Source of the DNA: Eledone cirrhosa
Taxonomy: Eukaryota
NCBI GenBank assembly: GCA_964016885.1
Contig: OZ024743.1
Location: forward strand, 234,918,001 to 234,982,000
DNA length: 64,000 nt
Direction: 5' to 3'
Below, piece by piece: positions 12,741 to 24,035 of this stretch. Numbering within the stretch: position 1 is the stretch's first letter; every line of letters starts with the position of its first letter. The notes beneath the pieces were generated by a model. It saw only the letters and a list, made by a program, of their open reading frames with translations. It ran no database searches and had not been told where the DNA came from. Both the position numbers and the translations under genes were made by a program.

Positions 12741-14941
12741 TAACCTTTGTTTGAACCAAAATTATACTATACACTAGAAATCTATGGTATAAGTAAATTA
12801 TAAGTATTTCATTAGATAAAAATGAAAATGTAAATTTTAAATTATGCAGTTTCACCTGAATCTCATATGTAACATTCTCAGGTGATTTAGTACCTGTTCC
12901 TGTCAGATAGGTAAACCGAGGTGCAGATACCTTCAGCAGATATGGACTTTTAATAAGCTTAAGGTGCAGTTGTGGTTTATTCCCAGATCATCTAATTTCC
13001 AAGTGTGACACCCCCAGATTTCACCTCAGACATAGTATATGTAAAACTACAGTATCAGAGGTGCCCTTTTTTTAAATAGTAGGGTGTGATTAGAGGGAGA
13101 CTTAGCTTACATTTCTAGCAGATTATATAGTAGGTGAAGCAAGCATCCCCAGCCCAGAGTTGGCTCAAACTGTATAAAATAATCTGGGTTAGTTAAATAT
13201 GAGTCATTAGTATGTACAACCGAATAAAACAAACTGATAACAAGCAATCTTTAATGAAAATATTTCATAAAAAAAGATTACTATAATCTGTTCTAACAAT
13301 TGGAGTTGACAGTCACAGAGATAATAGAATGTCAGATTAGATGTATAATATCTAAGTTGAATGGCTTTTCATGTAGAAGATATCCTGTAAAAATTCTCCA
13401 TATCATCATGATAAAAGGATAAGAATATTTTGAAAATTATTAACTACAAACAAGAGGGGGGGGGGGCATAAGAGGCAAAATCTGAAGCTTTATAACTGAG
13501 CCATCCTCATTGTATTTATGGAAAAGAAGTTTAATAGCATTTGAACCAGTTTCTTGCTCCACACATATTTTATCTTTTTGTTCCTACATGTGTGTGAGAG
13601 AGAGAGGGGAGCGATATATTAATATATCATGTATTTTACATAATTTAAATTATAGAAAAGAAACTAACAGACTTCTACAACAAAATATTTTAAATCTCAG
13701 TCTTCTAAAAATTATTGTAGTTTATATATTCAATAAGAAATCAACAGTATTCATAACAGCTGCAATTAAACTATGTTCTTCATGAATAATCTAAATACAG
13801 ATTGCTCTATAATTACTAAGGCTAGTGAGAGAAGGTAGAACTTCTAATAATACTATTATCCTTATCTGACCCACATAGCTTCTATTTATAAAAGCATATA
13901 TAACATGAAAATAGCTACAATAATTAGTCAAATATATTACATTTTCCAAAAACAATAACAAAATGACTTTTGACAGCAAGTAAAATTGAATTAGAAAAAT
14001 GTTATGATGAAAGAGTAGTAGTAGGAGATAAGGGCTCTAAATCCCTACTTCAACTTACATAGCTCCCTTATACAACAGGTTTTCACTAACTAAAATGCCC
14101 AATGGAGATTAATCAACTCATGAGGTGGTGGTTATACAACCTTAGGTATGCATTTAAAGATTTACTTTACATACACACAAAATCAGGCTATATAGATATT
14201 AATAGACCACATGTGTATACAGACCCCTACACAATACCTATTGTATTTGCTTGTACGGATTGAAAGTTTTATTTGTTTATTCTAGAATCACTAATCCAAT
14301 TAAATTTTATGGAAAAATTAGAAAAAAAAAAGAAAGAAAATTTAAGCAGTTTCTTTGCAAAAGAAAAACTGTAGGATTTTCCATTTGTCACCAGTTCAAC
14401 TCATTTGATAACTGCAACAACAAGCCTCCATGCTACAGATCTTTCCTAAGATTACTGATACTATGTAACACTTCTGTAAGATGCATTATATAGTATAAAT
14501 AATGAAATCTCGCATTGACTGATTTTTTATCGGACATTTTAAGTGATTTAAAAAAATAATTTCCAGTAAATTATATAAGGATCTCCTCCAGTCAACTTTA
14601 GAGATTGTTCTAATAAAAGTTGTTCTTCATCCACTTATTCATGGGAGAGTTGTGAGGGAAGAGGCCTCAAATATGCCTTACAACTGACTCCAAATGATCA
14701 GGCTGGATCCCCAAGTGAAATCAGCTGAGTTCATGGATGTTATTGAATCTCTTACTCGGAGTTTACTCTTGGGTCTCTCACTGGTTGGTTTTGCCTGTAA
14801 AATATGTCTAGCAATTGACCTGCAGGCATTCAAGTTGGATATTAGCTGTATCAATCTCTCCAATCTAGGACTACTTGTAAGGCTTATCGGCATTGATTAG
14901 AGAAGGGCAAGTAAAAATCACAAATACATATATATTTTTGT

Positions 14942-15285
14942 TTCAAAGACATCTGTAAGAGAGATATGAAGTCAATAGATCTGGACATCCAGAGATGGGA
15001 TGAGGGTTGCTAATGATTGCCCACGATTGAGATGAGTACGACAGAGGGATAGAGTGAAGGGAAGAGAGACTGAAACTTGCCACAAAAGAAAAGCGCACTC
15101 GAAGAAAAGACAACACAGTAGCACCGGAGGAGAGCATCTTCAAATGCAGTCGCTGTATGCAAGACTGCCACTCCAATATGGGCCTGTACAGATACAGCAG
15201 ATGCTGCACCGCCATCAGCAGCTGATATAAAATTCTCCAGGCACAGATCCATGGTCTTTTGAGACCAGCAGATGCCAATAAAAAA
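14942..15285 (+). mobile_element. 3' fragment of a BovB-like RTE with C-terminal zinc finger
   Basis: Manual translation gives FKDICKRDMKSIDLDIQRW...KRTRRK...FKCSRCMQDCHSNMGLYRYSRCC, then a short 3' UTR (CCATGGTCTTTTGAGACC...GCCAATAA). Confidence 0.7.
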
Positions 15286-16885
15286 ATATATATATATGTA
15301 GAGAGAAAGAGAGAATGTGTGTGTGCATCTGTAGGGCAGAGAGAAAAGAAGATTCAGTAATTAATATCCAAGTAGAATGTAAAAAAAAATATTAGTTAAA
15401 GGGGAAATATTAAAAAAAAAAAAAAGTCAGAGCTGTACCTTTCTTGAGTGGATATACAGCTAAAAAAATATCTTTTTTATTCTTCACTTTCCATCTTTTG
15501 TCTGAAACATTAACTTATTGTTTCTCTTTATCCACTACACTTTGATGTATTCTTTTGTTGCTTGTGTGCTTTCAGAGTGTTAGTTACTTCACATCATACA
15601 AGCCTAACCCTGATTATCCTTGGAATTTTATGAGAGAGAGAGAGAGAACGAAAGAGGAAATGGAAATGAGACAGAGAAAACGAGAGAGAGGGAGGGGGAG
15701 ATGAAATTAGTGAGAAAAGTAAATATTTAGCTAAGAGACCATGAGACATTGATTTTCTACAAATTGACAAAAAGAAAAAAAATATTTTATAGAGCAGTTT
15801 GAGTAAAGTATTAAATTTTTCAATAGTTCTAGACTTGTTTATTCTCTAGAAAAGATATAACTTCCAAGGGCATGTGATGAAGACCAGTGATTTTCAACTA
15901 GGAGTCATATGCTGGTCCCTTCCCAGGACCACAAAAGTTGCTCACAATTGCTACTAAGTTTGTCTTATTTCTCAAACTAAGAGGCAACTATTAATTCATT
16001 AATAGATAATTCTTTGTGTATACCACTTAATACATCATTAGCTACCCGAATTATAAAAATTCATGCTATTGGCCACATTAACTATTTTCCACAATTTTAG
16101 GGCCTACATATATGGAATATTTGGGGCGTCTACACAAAAACTTAAATGTCAATAACATTGTCATAATCCAGGAATTCCATTGTGTTAACTTCAACAGCAT
16201 AATTACTGAACATAACAATAGTTTATTACTATGTACTATTTAAGCACACAGAAAAAAAAAATAGAAGGTTCATTTAATGACAATAGTATTGAACACGTTT
16301 TATGAAGATATTTAGCAATGCCTGAAGAGCAAAAGAATACAACACAGAACAATACAATATATTTTGTTGCAGACTTAAAAGCATATATCATAGCTGTCCA
16401 AAATGTTTGGTATTCTTTATAGTTTATTCTCCTACTGCATGTGTTTTAGAATTTCCTTTACTAATACAGAATTTTTTCTGCATAGAAACAATTACATCTG
16501 TGCATGCAACTATGGTCTCATAACTCCTGAGGGAGTTGTAGGGGTGCCATATTGACATATGGTGTTTCTAGGGTATTTTAACACCTGACAGAGCCCATCT
16601 CCTCCCCAAGTCTGAATACAGCGGATTTCTTCCAAAGAAGGATAGAAAGTGAGAGAAAAGAAGTGAGAAAGAGGTACAGAGGAAGAATAGACCTGGTACT
16701 AGACTGGTACTTTTAATCATATCTGTAAGCTATTACAAATACTTTGCTTTTATATGACAGTTGCAATTAACATTGCAATGGGTAACATGGAATTTATAGC
16801 TTACACCTATGTAGTTTTAGTTGGCCTCTTATGAATTTGTATCTTGCAGGTTTCTTGGATGTTTTAATGGTATCTTGAAAAGTAA

Positions 16886-17793
16886 TCTATATATATAAAA
16901 CTGAGGATGTCTGTCTGTGTGTGTGTGAGTTTGAATCCCTAAAACTCGAGAAGCACCCAACCGACTCTTTTCAAACTTTACACATGTAATACTTACGTTT
17001 CAGGGAGTGTTCTGAGCCAAAAAAATTTCAAATTTTCAATGCCCTAGGGACCGCATAGGCGATCTCTATCATTCTTAGTCTTTCTCTTTTTAGATAGATA
17101 CATACATATAACGTCGTGCCCTTACAATATCTGTCTATGTCTGGCTGTCTGCATTACATCACTTCCCTGAGGATGTCTGTCAGTCTGTGTGTGTGTGTGT
17201 GAGTTTGAATCCCTAAAACTCGAAAAGTACCCAACCGATTGTTTTCAAACTTTACATGTGTATTACTTATGTTTCAGGCAGTGTTATGCACATAATTCAA
17301 CTTTTTGATCTCCTAGGGCCCGCATTAGGTGAAAAACTGCGTTTTTTAAGCTTTTTAGGGGTTTTTTGAGGCGTTACGTCAGACCGATTTCCTTGAAATT
17401 GTAACTATGCATTAATCAGTCTCTTCTTCATACCGTGAGCAAAGAAAATCCTACTTTTTTATGGCCTAGGGCCCGCATTAGGTGAAACATTTCATTTTTC
17501 AGCTTTATAGGGCTTTTTGGAGGCGTTACGTCGAGCCGATTTTCCCGAAATTTCAAGGCATATTATGCACATAAAAAATATTCATTTTCTTGATCCCCTA
17601 GGGCCCGCATTAGGTGAAAACCTGCATTTTTCCTGCTTCATTGAGGAAAATCTTAAAGATTATCCAGCCATCAGAATATTCGGTTTATTTTCTTTACATA
17701 TTGTCCACTCATGCAGTTTTTCCACGATTAGGTCTGTTGGAGGCCCGCGTTCCAAAATACCTTATCCCATGCAACGCCAGGTACCACTTCTAG
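16886..17793 (+). mobile_element. Non-autonomous Helitron
   Basis: 5' TCTATATATATAAAACTGA plus GT-rich microsatellite; 3' imperfect hairpin CCCATGCAACGCCAGG and CTAG; inserted between A and T with no TSD; internal duplications. Confidence 0.85.
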
Positions 17794-17901
17794 TGTGAAA
17801 TAAAGCATCTTGATCAAAAACACAATGTCCCACCTGATCCAGGGATCGAACCCATGGCCTTATGATTATGAGTCCAACACCCTAACCACTAGGCCATGCC
17901 C
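17794..17901 (-). mobile_element. tRNA-SINE 5' part directly abutting the Helitron 3' end
   Basis: TGTGAAATAAAGCATCTTGATCAA...GGGATCGAACCC...CTAACCACTAGGCCATGCC. Confidence 0.7.
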
Positions 17902-18132
17902 CTTTACAAAATGTGCTGTACTTCTGTTGGTTTTGAAAGTGAGTATTTCAATTTTTTGAAAACATGGAAGAGCCTGTTCATAGAATTAAGGAGCATGTGG
18001 CTGAGCACTCCATAGACACGTGTATTCAATTAATCCTAAGTACAACACATTTTTGTCAGCTGAGTGGACTGGAGCAATGTGAAATAAAATGTCTTGTACA
18101 CCACTGGGAATCATACTTATGATTGAGTATAA

Positions 18133-18375
18133 TCTGCCCTTTGCTCAGAGAGAAAATTATTGTCAACTAACCGTGTATACAAAGTCTACTTTCACTGTTA
18201 ATCTGCCTGATATCCTACTACACCTCTTGTGTACCCATATTTTCTATCACATACAGTGTATAGAGTTCCTGCCTACTTCTTTACATACTAAGCATGGCCA
18301 CATCCTTGACAATATCTGAGTCTTGTCCTTTTTCATACTAGAACTTTGGTCTATTCTGAGCCCTTTTGATTCTAA
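18133..18375 (-). mobile_element. Old RTE fragment (PHD-like region)
   Basis: Similar to 1740-2030 (CTACACCTCTTGTGTACCCA..GAGTTCCTGCCTAC..CATGGCCA). Confidence 0.6.
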
Positions 18376-18873
18376 GATCAATAAAAAAAATGTACCAATC
18401 CAGTTGATTCTTCCTCTGTACATCTCTTACTCTTTCTCTCTCTTACTGGGAGAAATCGGCTGTGTTCAAATCTGAAGAGGTTTAAAATACACAAGACACT
18501 CTGCATGTCACAACAGATCCCCTAAGACTCCATCAAGAATTACAGGTTCATACAAACATGTCACACATATATATATCATCATAATCATCATTTTACATCT
18601 GCTTTTTCATGCTTGCATGTATCTCTTTCAGCATAGCATTCTTCCACTCATCATGTTCCTTTATCCACTTCTTGGATCCTTCATGTGATTAGAAAATGTT
18701 TTATATCACTGACACACTACCAATTATCTCCAAGCATCTACTACATACAGATAGATCAAGATTATGCTAGTTTTAATTTAAACTAGTAAGACCATTATTC
18801 AGCAAAGTGCTTGATACTTGGGATAGTAGAGTGTGTGTATATATATATATGTAATAAACAACATAAAATAATT

Positions 18874-18948
18874 ATTTCCTTTACCAAAGATTTCACAAAG
18901 ACAGACGAGCCTGGCACAGACGTCTGACTTCAATCGTCAGAATGAAAT
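18874..18948 (-). ncRNA. Type I hammerhead ribozyme motif (left palindrome arm)
   Basis: Minus strand: ATTTCATT-CTGACGA-long stem II (CAGACG/CGTCTG)-GAAA-TCTTTG-GTA-AAGGAAAT. Confidence 0.6.
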
Positions 18949-19025
18949 TTTATTTAAAATGGAAGTGAGATATGGATTTCAAAACAGAGTCTAGAAATCC
19001 ATATCTCATTTCCATTTTAAATAAA

Positions 19026-19100
19026 ATTTCATTCTGACGATTAAAGGCAGACGTCTGTGCCAGGCTCGTCTCTCTTTGTGAAACCTTTCTTAAATGAAAT
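19026..19100 (+). ncRNA. Type I hammerhead ribozyme motif (right palindrome arm, stem III mutated)
   Basis: ATTTCATT-CTGACGA-stem II-GAAA-CCTTTC-TTA-AATGAAAT; stem I is a perfect 8 bp. Confidence 0.55.
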
Positions 19101-19282
19101 AATTACCTTATGTTGTTTATTACATAACTAAAAAGCTCTGTAGCCTACATAGAGCACTCTTTTCCTTTACCTTTCCTACGGAAATACTTCATATATATAT
19201 ATATAACAAAAAAAGTGCGCTAAGGAACCAGGTGAACCATAACACACCAGAGTACTCGATACTTAGGGCAGTAGATTGGATA

Positions 19283-19384
19283 ATAGGAAAAGAGTCAGGA
19301 CCCCGACGGCTGAACTCCGGCTGTTTGGATCTAGCTGTTGAAATGGCCGGAGCTCAGCCGTCGAGGTCCTGACTATTTTCCTAT
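19283..19384. repeat. GC-rich hairpin, 44-bp arms
   Basis: ATAGGAAAAGAGTCAGGACCCCGACGGCTGAACTCCGGCTGTTT versus its reverse complement at 19341-19384 (5 differences). Confidence 0.85.
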
Positions 19385-19969
19385 ATATATACATGTTTTG
19401 CTTTTGTAAATTAGAAGCTTCAATGTTTTTCTGACTATGAAAGAAAGAAAACAAAATAAATTGAAGTTTCTAATTTACAAATCCAAAACTTCCAATCACT
19501 CATCAATTCTAAAATTAGATTGTTTACTCACACACACACACATGCATATATGTACATACCCATATATATATACTTGCTATACTTGCATGTTGTGCTCATA
19601 ATTTTGGCATTAATATACTGGTTAGATATCCTTCCTATCACCAGCACCACTTTACAGCATGGACTGGATGCCTTTATTCATGCCATCGGCACTAGCCAGG
19701 TTTCTTACCGGACTCAGGAGCCCTCTCCACCCCATACTTTGGCATGGTTTTTAATGGCTGAATGCCACTTCAATTTCCTCCATTTTACAGCATGGACTGG
19801 GTGCTTTTATTCGTGCCACCAGCACTAGGGAAGTCGTCTTACTGGACTTAGGGGGCTTCTCCATCCCGCACCAATTTATTCGGAGTGGTAGCTCTCCTAG
19901 ACTGGTTGCCTACACTACGGCTTACGGAGCCTCCGTCTGTCCTGTGACTTTTCCGAGCAGTCCTGGGCC

Positions 19970-20182
19970 ACTGAAGAAGTGCCAAAAAATCCTGGTGGCA
20001 GGAAGACACAGTAGAGGAAGATCACAAAAAACATGGGCGAAGGTGGTGAGAGCTGACCTCAGATCGCTGAAGCTCACAGAGGAGATGACGAGGGACCGTG
20101 ATGAATGGAGAGATGCTGTGCTGACGAGGACTCGTCCCACCCTTGCAAGCAGGGAAAAGCAGACATAAATTGATGACGATGA
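19970..20182 (+). mobile_element. RTE 3' end fragment
   Basis: KKCQ..GRSQKTWAKVVRADLRSLKLTEEMTRDRDEWR, short 3' UTR and GAT tail. Confidence 0.75.
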
Positions 20183-20204
20183 TATATATATGTGTGCGTG
20201 TACA

Positions 20205-21370
20205 TACAATACAAAGACAGCTAACTTCCTCAATGTGACACTTGAGCTGGGCTCTGGATTATACTGGCCTTTCCACAAGCTAGATGAATGCGCCCAGTAC
20301 ATCAATATACACTTGAACCACCCTAGTGCCATCATTCACTCCATTGTTAATAGCGTCTCAAACAGAGTTTTCACACTATCCACCAATGAGGACATTTTCA
20401 ATCAGCATGCCAAGTAATATAACACCACACATGCCAGGGCTGGCTACTTAGAGAAGATCCGATAGGTGATGGATGCAGAGCGAACAACACATGGTGAATG
20501 CCCTTCATTCTATGGCACACTAGTATATAACTTGAAGGGTCCGAAATGTAAATGGGCACATAACTGCATACCAGCTAACAGTTTTGTCACTGGTGGTGAC
20601 CACCTTATAACATGGATAGATGAGCCAAAACATAGCCATCACATGGTGGATAGGACAAGCATCACTACAGTATACCCTCAGAGTTGACCGCAGCCCAAAT
20701 ACCCAATCTTACCCAGGCCCGATTGACAACACACACATCACAACACCACCACTTTCAGGTGAACACAACACCAATAACCACACTAGGAACCGTTGTGGTA
20801 CCAACCTACAGAAGCATGTTCAAAGATGCACCAGAATAGATGATGCCTATAGGGCGGATGCAAGATTTTCATACATCACGCCGACACCCATGATAACTCG
20901 CCAAGTGAAGAAAACCACAGTCCCACCAGAAGGCACAAATGCAACACTATGACTGAGGATATTGCTGCAGGTGATACTGCTCCCAACATCAGTTAAGAAG
21001 AACAGAAACGGTGCTGACGTGGCCAGGGCTACTGGCAGTAACAATCAAAGGGTTGACAATGGCAGTGATGATAAAAACAGAGATGGTGACAATGGCAGTA
21101 TAGGCAGGTCTAATGCAGACACTTAACGACATTAACACCCAAACCTTTCCCGACACACGACAACAAAGGTAAACTAAGACCAGGTCATAGCCTATGACCT
21201 GGTTCAATATGTCCTACTCGAGACATGTACAGACTAACATCCTGGCCACATTCTTCAAGGCCTTAGATGAATCTTTCTTCCTTTTGCATAGGTACAACAG
21301 ACTCTTCAACCAACATACAGTGAAGTTCTCATTTTCCACCACAAGAAATTATAGCCTCCATCAATGGCAG
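20205..21370 (+). mobile_element. Degenerate Penelope-like element fragment (RT C-terminus and linker)
   Basis: NFLNVTL..PFHK..YINIHLNHPSAIIHSIVNSVSNRV..LS.NEDIFN and WFN.SYS..VQTNI..FN.HTVKFSFSTT match the PLE at 44213-46493. Confidence 0.8.
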
Positions 21371-21589
21371 GATGATAAGGACCCTTGCCAGCCGACAAGA
21401 CCCCCATACCAGACGGTATTCGGTAAATAGCAGTTCAAGTAACAAGATTTCTTAGTGACCACTCAGTACTCATCCATAGAGGCCTCAAATATCACCACCC
21501 ATGAACTTACAAACAGCACGAAACCCCAATCATGTAACTCCTAACTAACATATATATATATGGATATACATACATATCTATACATATAT

Positions 21590-22605
21590 GTACAGGGTAC
21601 AGGTAGGAGTGCATTAGGGTTCAGTTCTTAGCCCACTCTTGATTATTCTAGCCCTCCAGGCCATAAAAGAGGATTTTATAACTTTTCACCCATAGGAACT
21701 TCTGTATGCCAATGATCTGGCCCTCATAGCTGAATCTGTGGAAGAACTTGAAAATAAATTCTGGCTGTGTAAACAGAAAGGCCAAGAGTGAGTTTAGCAG
21801 GAAAGAAGATAGGGCACCAATCTCATTAGAGAAGTGACCTTGCTCAATATCTAGAAAAGGAGTAAGCACAACTATATAGCGTACACAATATAAATCTTGG
21901 GTACACGAGTGGTGTAGTTGGATAACATGCAGACTAACAAGAAAGGAAAACTTTATATGTATTAGATGTTTAGGATCAGTTGATAATAAGAGTGTCAATA
22001 ATAAAATAAAATAAACCTTCTCCAATCCCCAAAAAGATCCACAGAAGTGGTTGATAGTTTCTGCTACCGAGGTGATATAATTAGCAGTGGAGGAGGGTAT
22101 TCAGAGAGCATAGTAGCTAAAATAAGGACAGGATGGAAGACGTTTAAGGAACTGCTATCCTTGCTAACAGCAAAAGGTTTCTCCCTGCATATGAAAGATC
22201 AGCTGTATGATGCCTGTGTGTGAAGTGCCATGCTGTAGGGTAGTGAGGCATGGGCAGTGAATGTAGAGGACATGCAGAGGCTGGAGAGAAATGAGGCAAG
22301 CATGGATGAACTGAGGGAAAAACTGGTATAAGAGGAATCAGAAGTAGTGTGCAGGAGATGAGACTGCTTTAGTATGGACATGTGATATGCATGGAGGATG
22401 ACTGCTGGGTGAAGAAGAGCCAAATAATCCCAGTGAAAAGAAGCTGCAGTAGAGGAAGACCTGGATGGAAGTGGTAAGAGCTGAGCTCAGATCATTAAAC
22501 CTCACAGCAGAGATGACAAACAAACGCAACAAGTGAAGAGATACTGTACTGGGAAAGACCTGTCTAACCCATGTAAGCATGGCATAATGGACGTAAAATG
22601 ATGAT
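21590..22605 (+). mobile_element. Old, multiply disrupted RTE 3' fragment
   Basis: Remnants of SVLSPLL, LLYANDL, the PHD-like region, VDSFCY.GD and RL.WYGHV; ends GGACGTAAAATGATGAT. Confidence 0.75.
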
Positions 22606-22667
22606 ATATATATATGTATATATATATATATATCATCATATAGGCACATGGCTTAGTGGTTCGAGTA

Positions 22668-23001
22668 GGAGGCACATGGCTTAGTGGTTAGAGCATTGGC
22701 CTTGCAATCGAAAGGTTGTGAGTTCAATTCTCAGACCAGGTGATGTGTTGTTTCCTTGAGCAAGACACTTTATTGCTCCAGTTTACTCAGCTGTAGAAAT
22801 GAGATGATAGGGACTGGGTTCCCTATCATTCCACTGAAAAGTGGACGTGTAGGTGCCATGGCAAAAAAGCACCCAGCACTCACTGTAAATGAGGTTGGTG
22901 TTAGGAAGGGCATCCAGCTGTAGAAATCAAGCCAGAATCAGTTCCTGTCCCACCCTTGCAAGCAGGGAAAAGCGGACGTAAAATGAAATGATGATGATGA
23001 T
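22668..23001 (+). mobile_element. Full-length tRNA-derived SINE with conserved central domain and RTE-type 3' tail
   Basis: A box TGGCTTAGTGG, B box GAGTTCAATTC, central CCTTGAGCAAGACACTT..GCTCCAGTTTACTCAGCTG; 3' TGTTAGGAAGGGCATCCAGCTGTAGAAA and (ATG)n are shared with the RTE 3' UTRs in this window. Confidence 0.85.
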
Positions 23002-23009
23002 GAATGATG

Positions 23010-23352
23010 CATACGTGACTTAATTAACAGTGGAGGATGGTGCTCTGGGAGAATAATAGCTATATTAAGGATAGGATGGAAGAAGTTTAGAGGGCTACAC
23101 CTACTGTTGACAATAAAAGGATGACTGCATGATGCCTGTGTGTGAAATGAAGCAGCCATGCTTTGTTGAATGTGGATTGCTGGGTGAAGAAGTGCCAGTG
23201 GATGGAAGCCCCAGTAGAGGTGGTGAGAGCTGCCATCAAATCACAGACTCACAGAGGACATGACAAAGGAACACAGCCAGTGGAGAGAAGCTGTGCTGAA
23301 AAGGACCCGTCCAACCCATGCAAGCATGGAAAAACATGCAAAAATGACGATG

Positions 23353-23389
<37 letters not shown>

Positions 23390-23680
23390 TACTTGCGTCA
23401 TAATCACTGAGTGTCAGCGATTTAAGGTCTTTCTTGGTCTATCACAACTATGGCTTCCCTCCACTGGAGTTTCCTGGCCCTTCTTCACTTAGCAAATATC
23501 ATCCATGCACAGCACATGTCTGCACCAATGCAGTCTCCTTTCGTGCACACTACTTTGGATTCCTCTGAGACCCGGCTTCTCTCTCAGTTCATCCAAACTC
23601 TTCCTTTCCCTCACATTTATATTGCACACCCAACGGAGCAAGGTTGCTTCATTTCTTTCCAGACTACACATGTCCTCTAT
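23010..23680. mobile_element. Two short RTE C-terminal fragments (+ ~23010-23350; - ~23400-23680)
   Basis: DCWVKKC.., ERNEATLLRWVCNINVRER..RRLHW remnants. Confidence 0.6.
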
Positions 23681-24035
23681 GTTCTGAAGAAGTGAGAATT
23701 TGAAAGAAAGTCAGCAAATGTGAAATTAAATAGAGTGCTGAAAAACAAAGAGAACCAAGCAAGTAAGTTAACAAAGGATGAATGAGGAGAGAAAGAAAGT
23801 GAAGAAAGTGAGTGACACGAGTGCAACATAGTAGCCAACACTAAAGCAACAAACACACGCTTGCTTCAGTATTGAATGTCCCCCTCTCTCTCCAGCATGA
23901 AAGGAGGTATGACATGCATTCAATCAACATAAAGTAACACATGCCTGCTTTAATATAAAAATTCTCTCCTCTATCAGTTGCAGCACATTTAGTCATACAT
24001 TCATTATATCTCTTCTGTGTGTGTATATACGTCAT

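Larger units (their letters stand above)
18848..19126. repeat. Long inverted repeat (~133-bp arms, 13-bp spacer), PLE pLTR-like
   Basis: 18848-18980 is the imperfect reverse complement of 18994-19126; each arm carries an HHR motif; short (TA)n nearby on both sides. Confidence 0.9.

Noticed and set aside
16320-16345. Isolated CTGAAGA/CTGATGA matches (also ~6018, ~18472, ~29951, ~51633)
   Set aside because: No stem II-GAAA-stem III-stem I arrangement around them, so not hammerheads.
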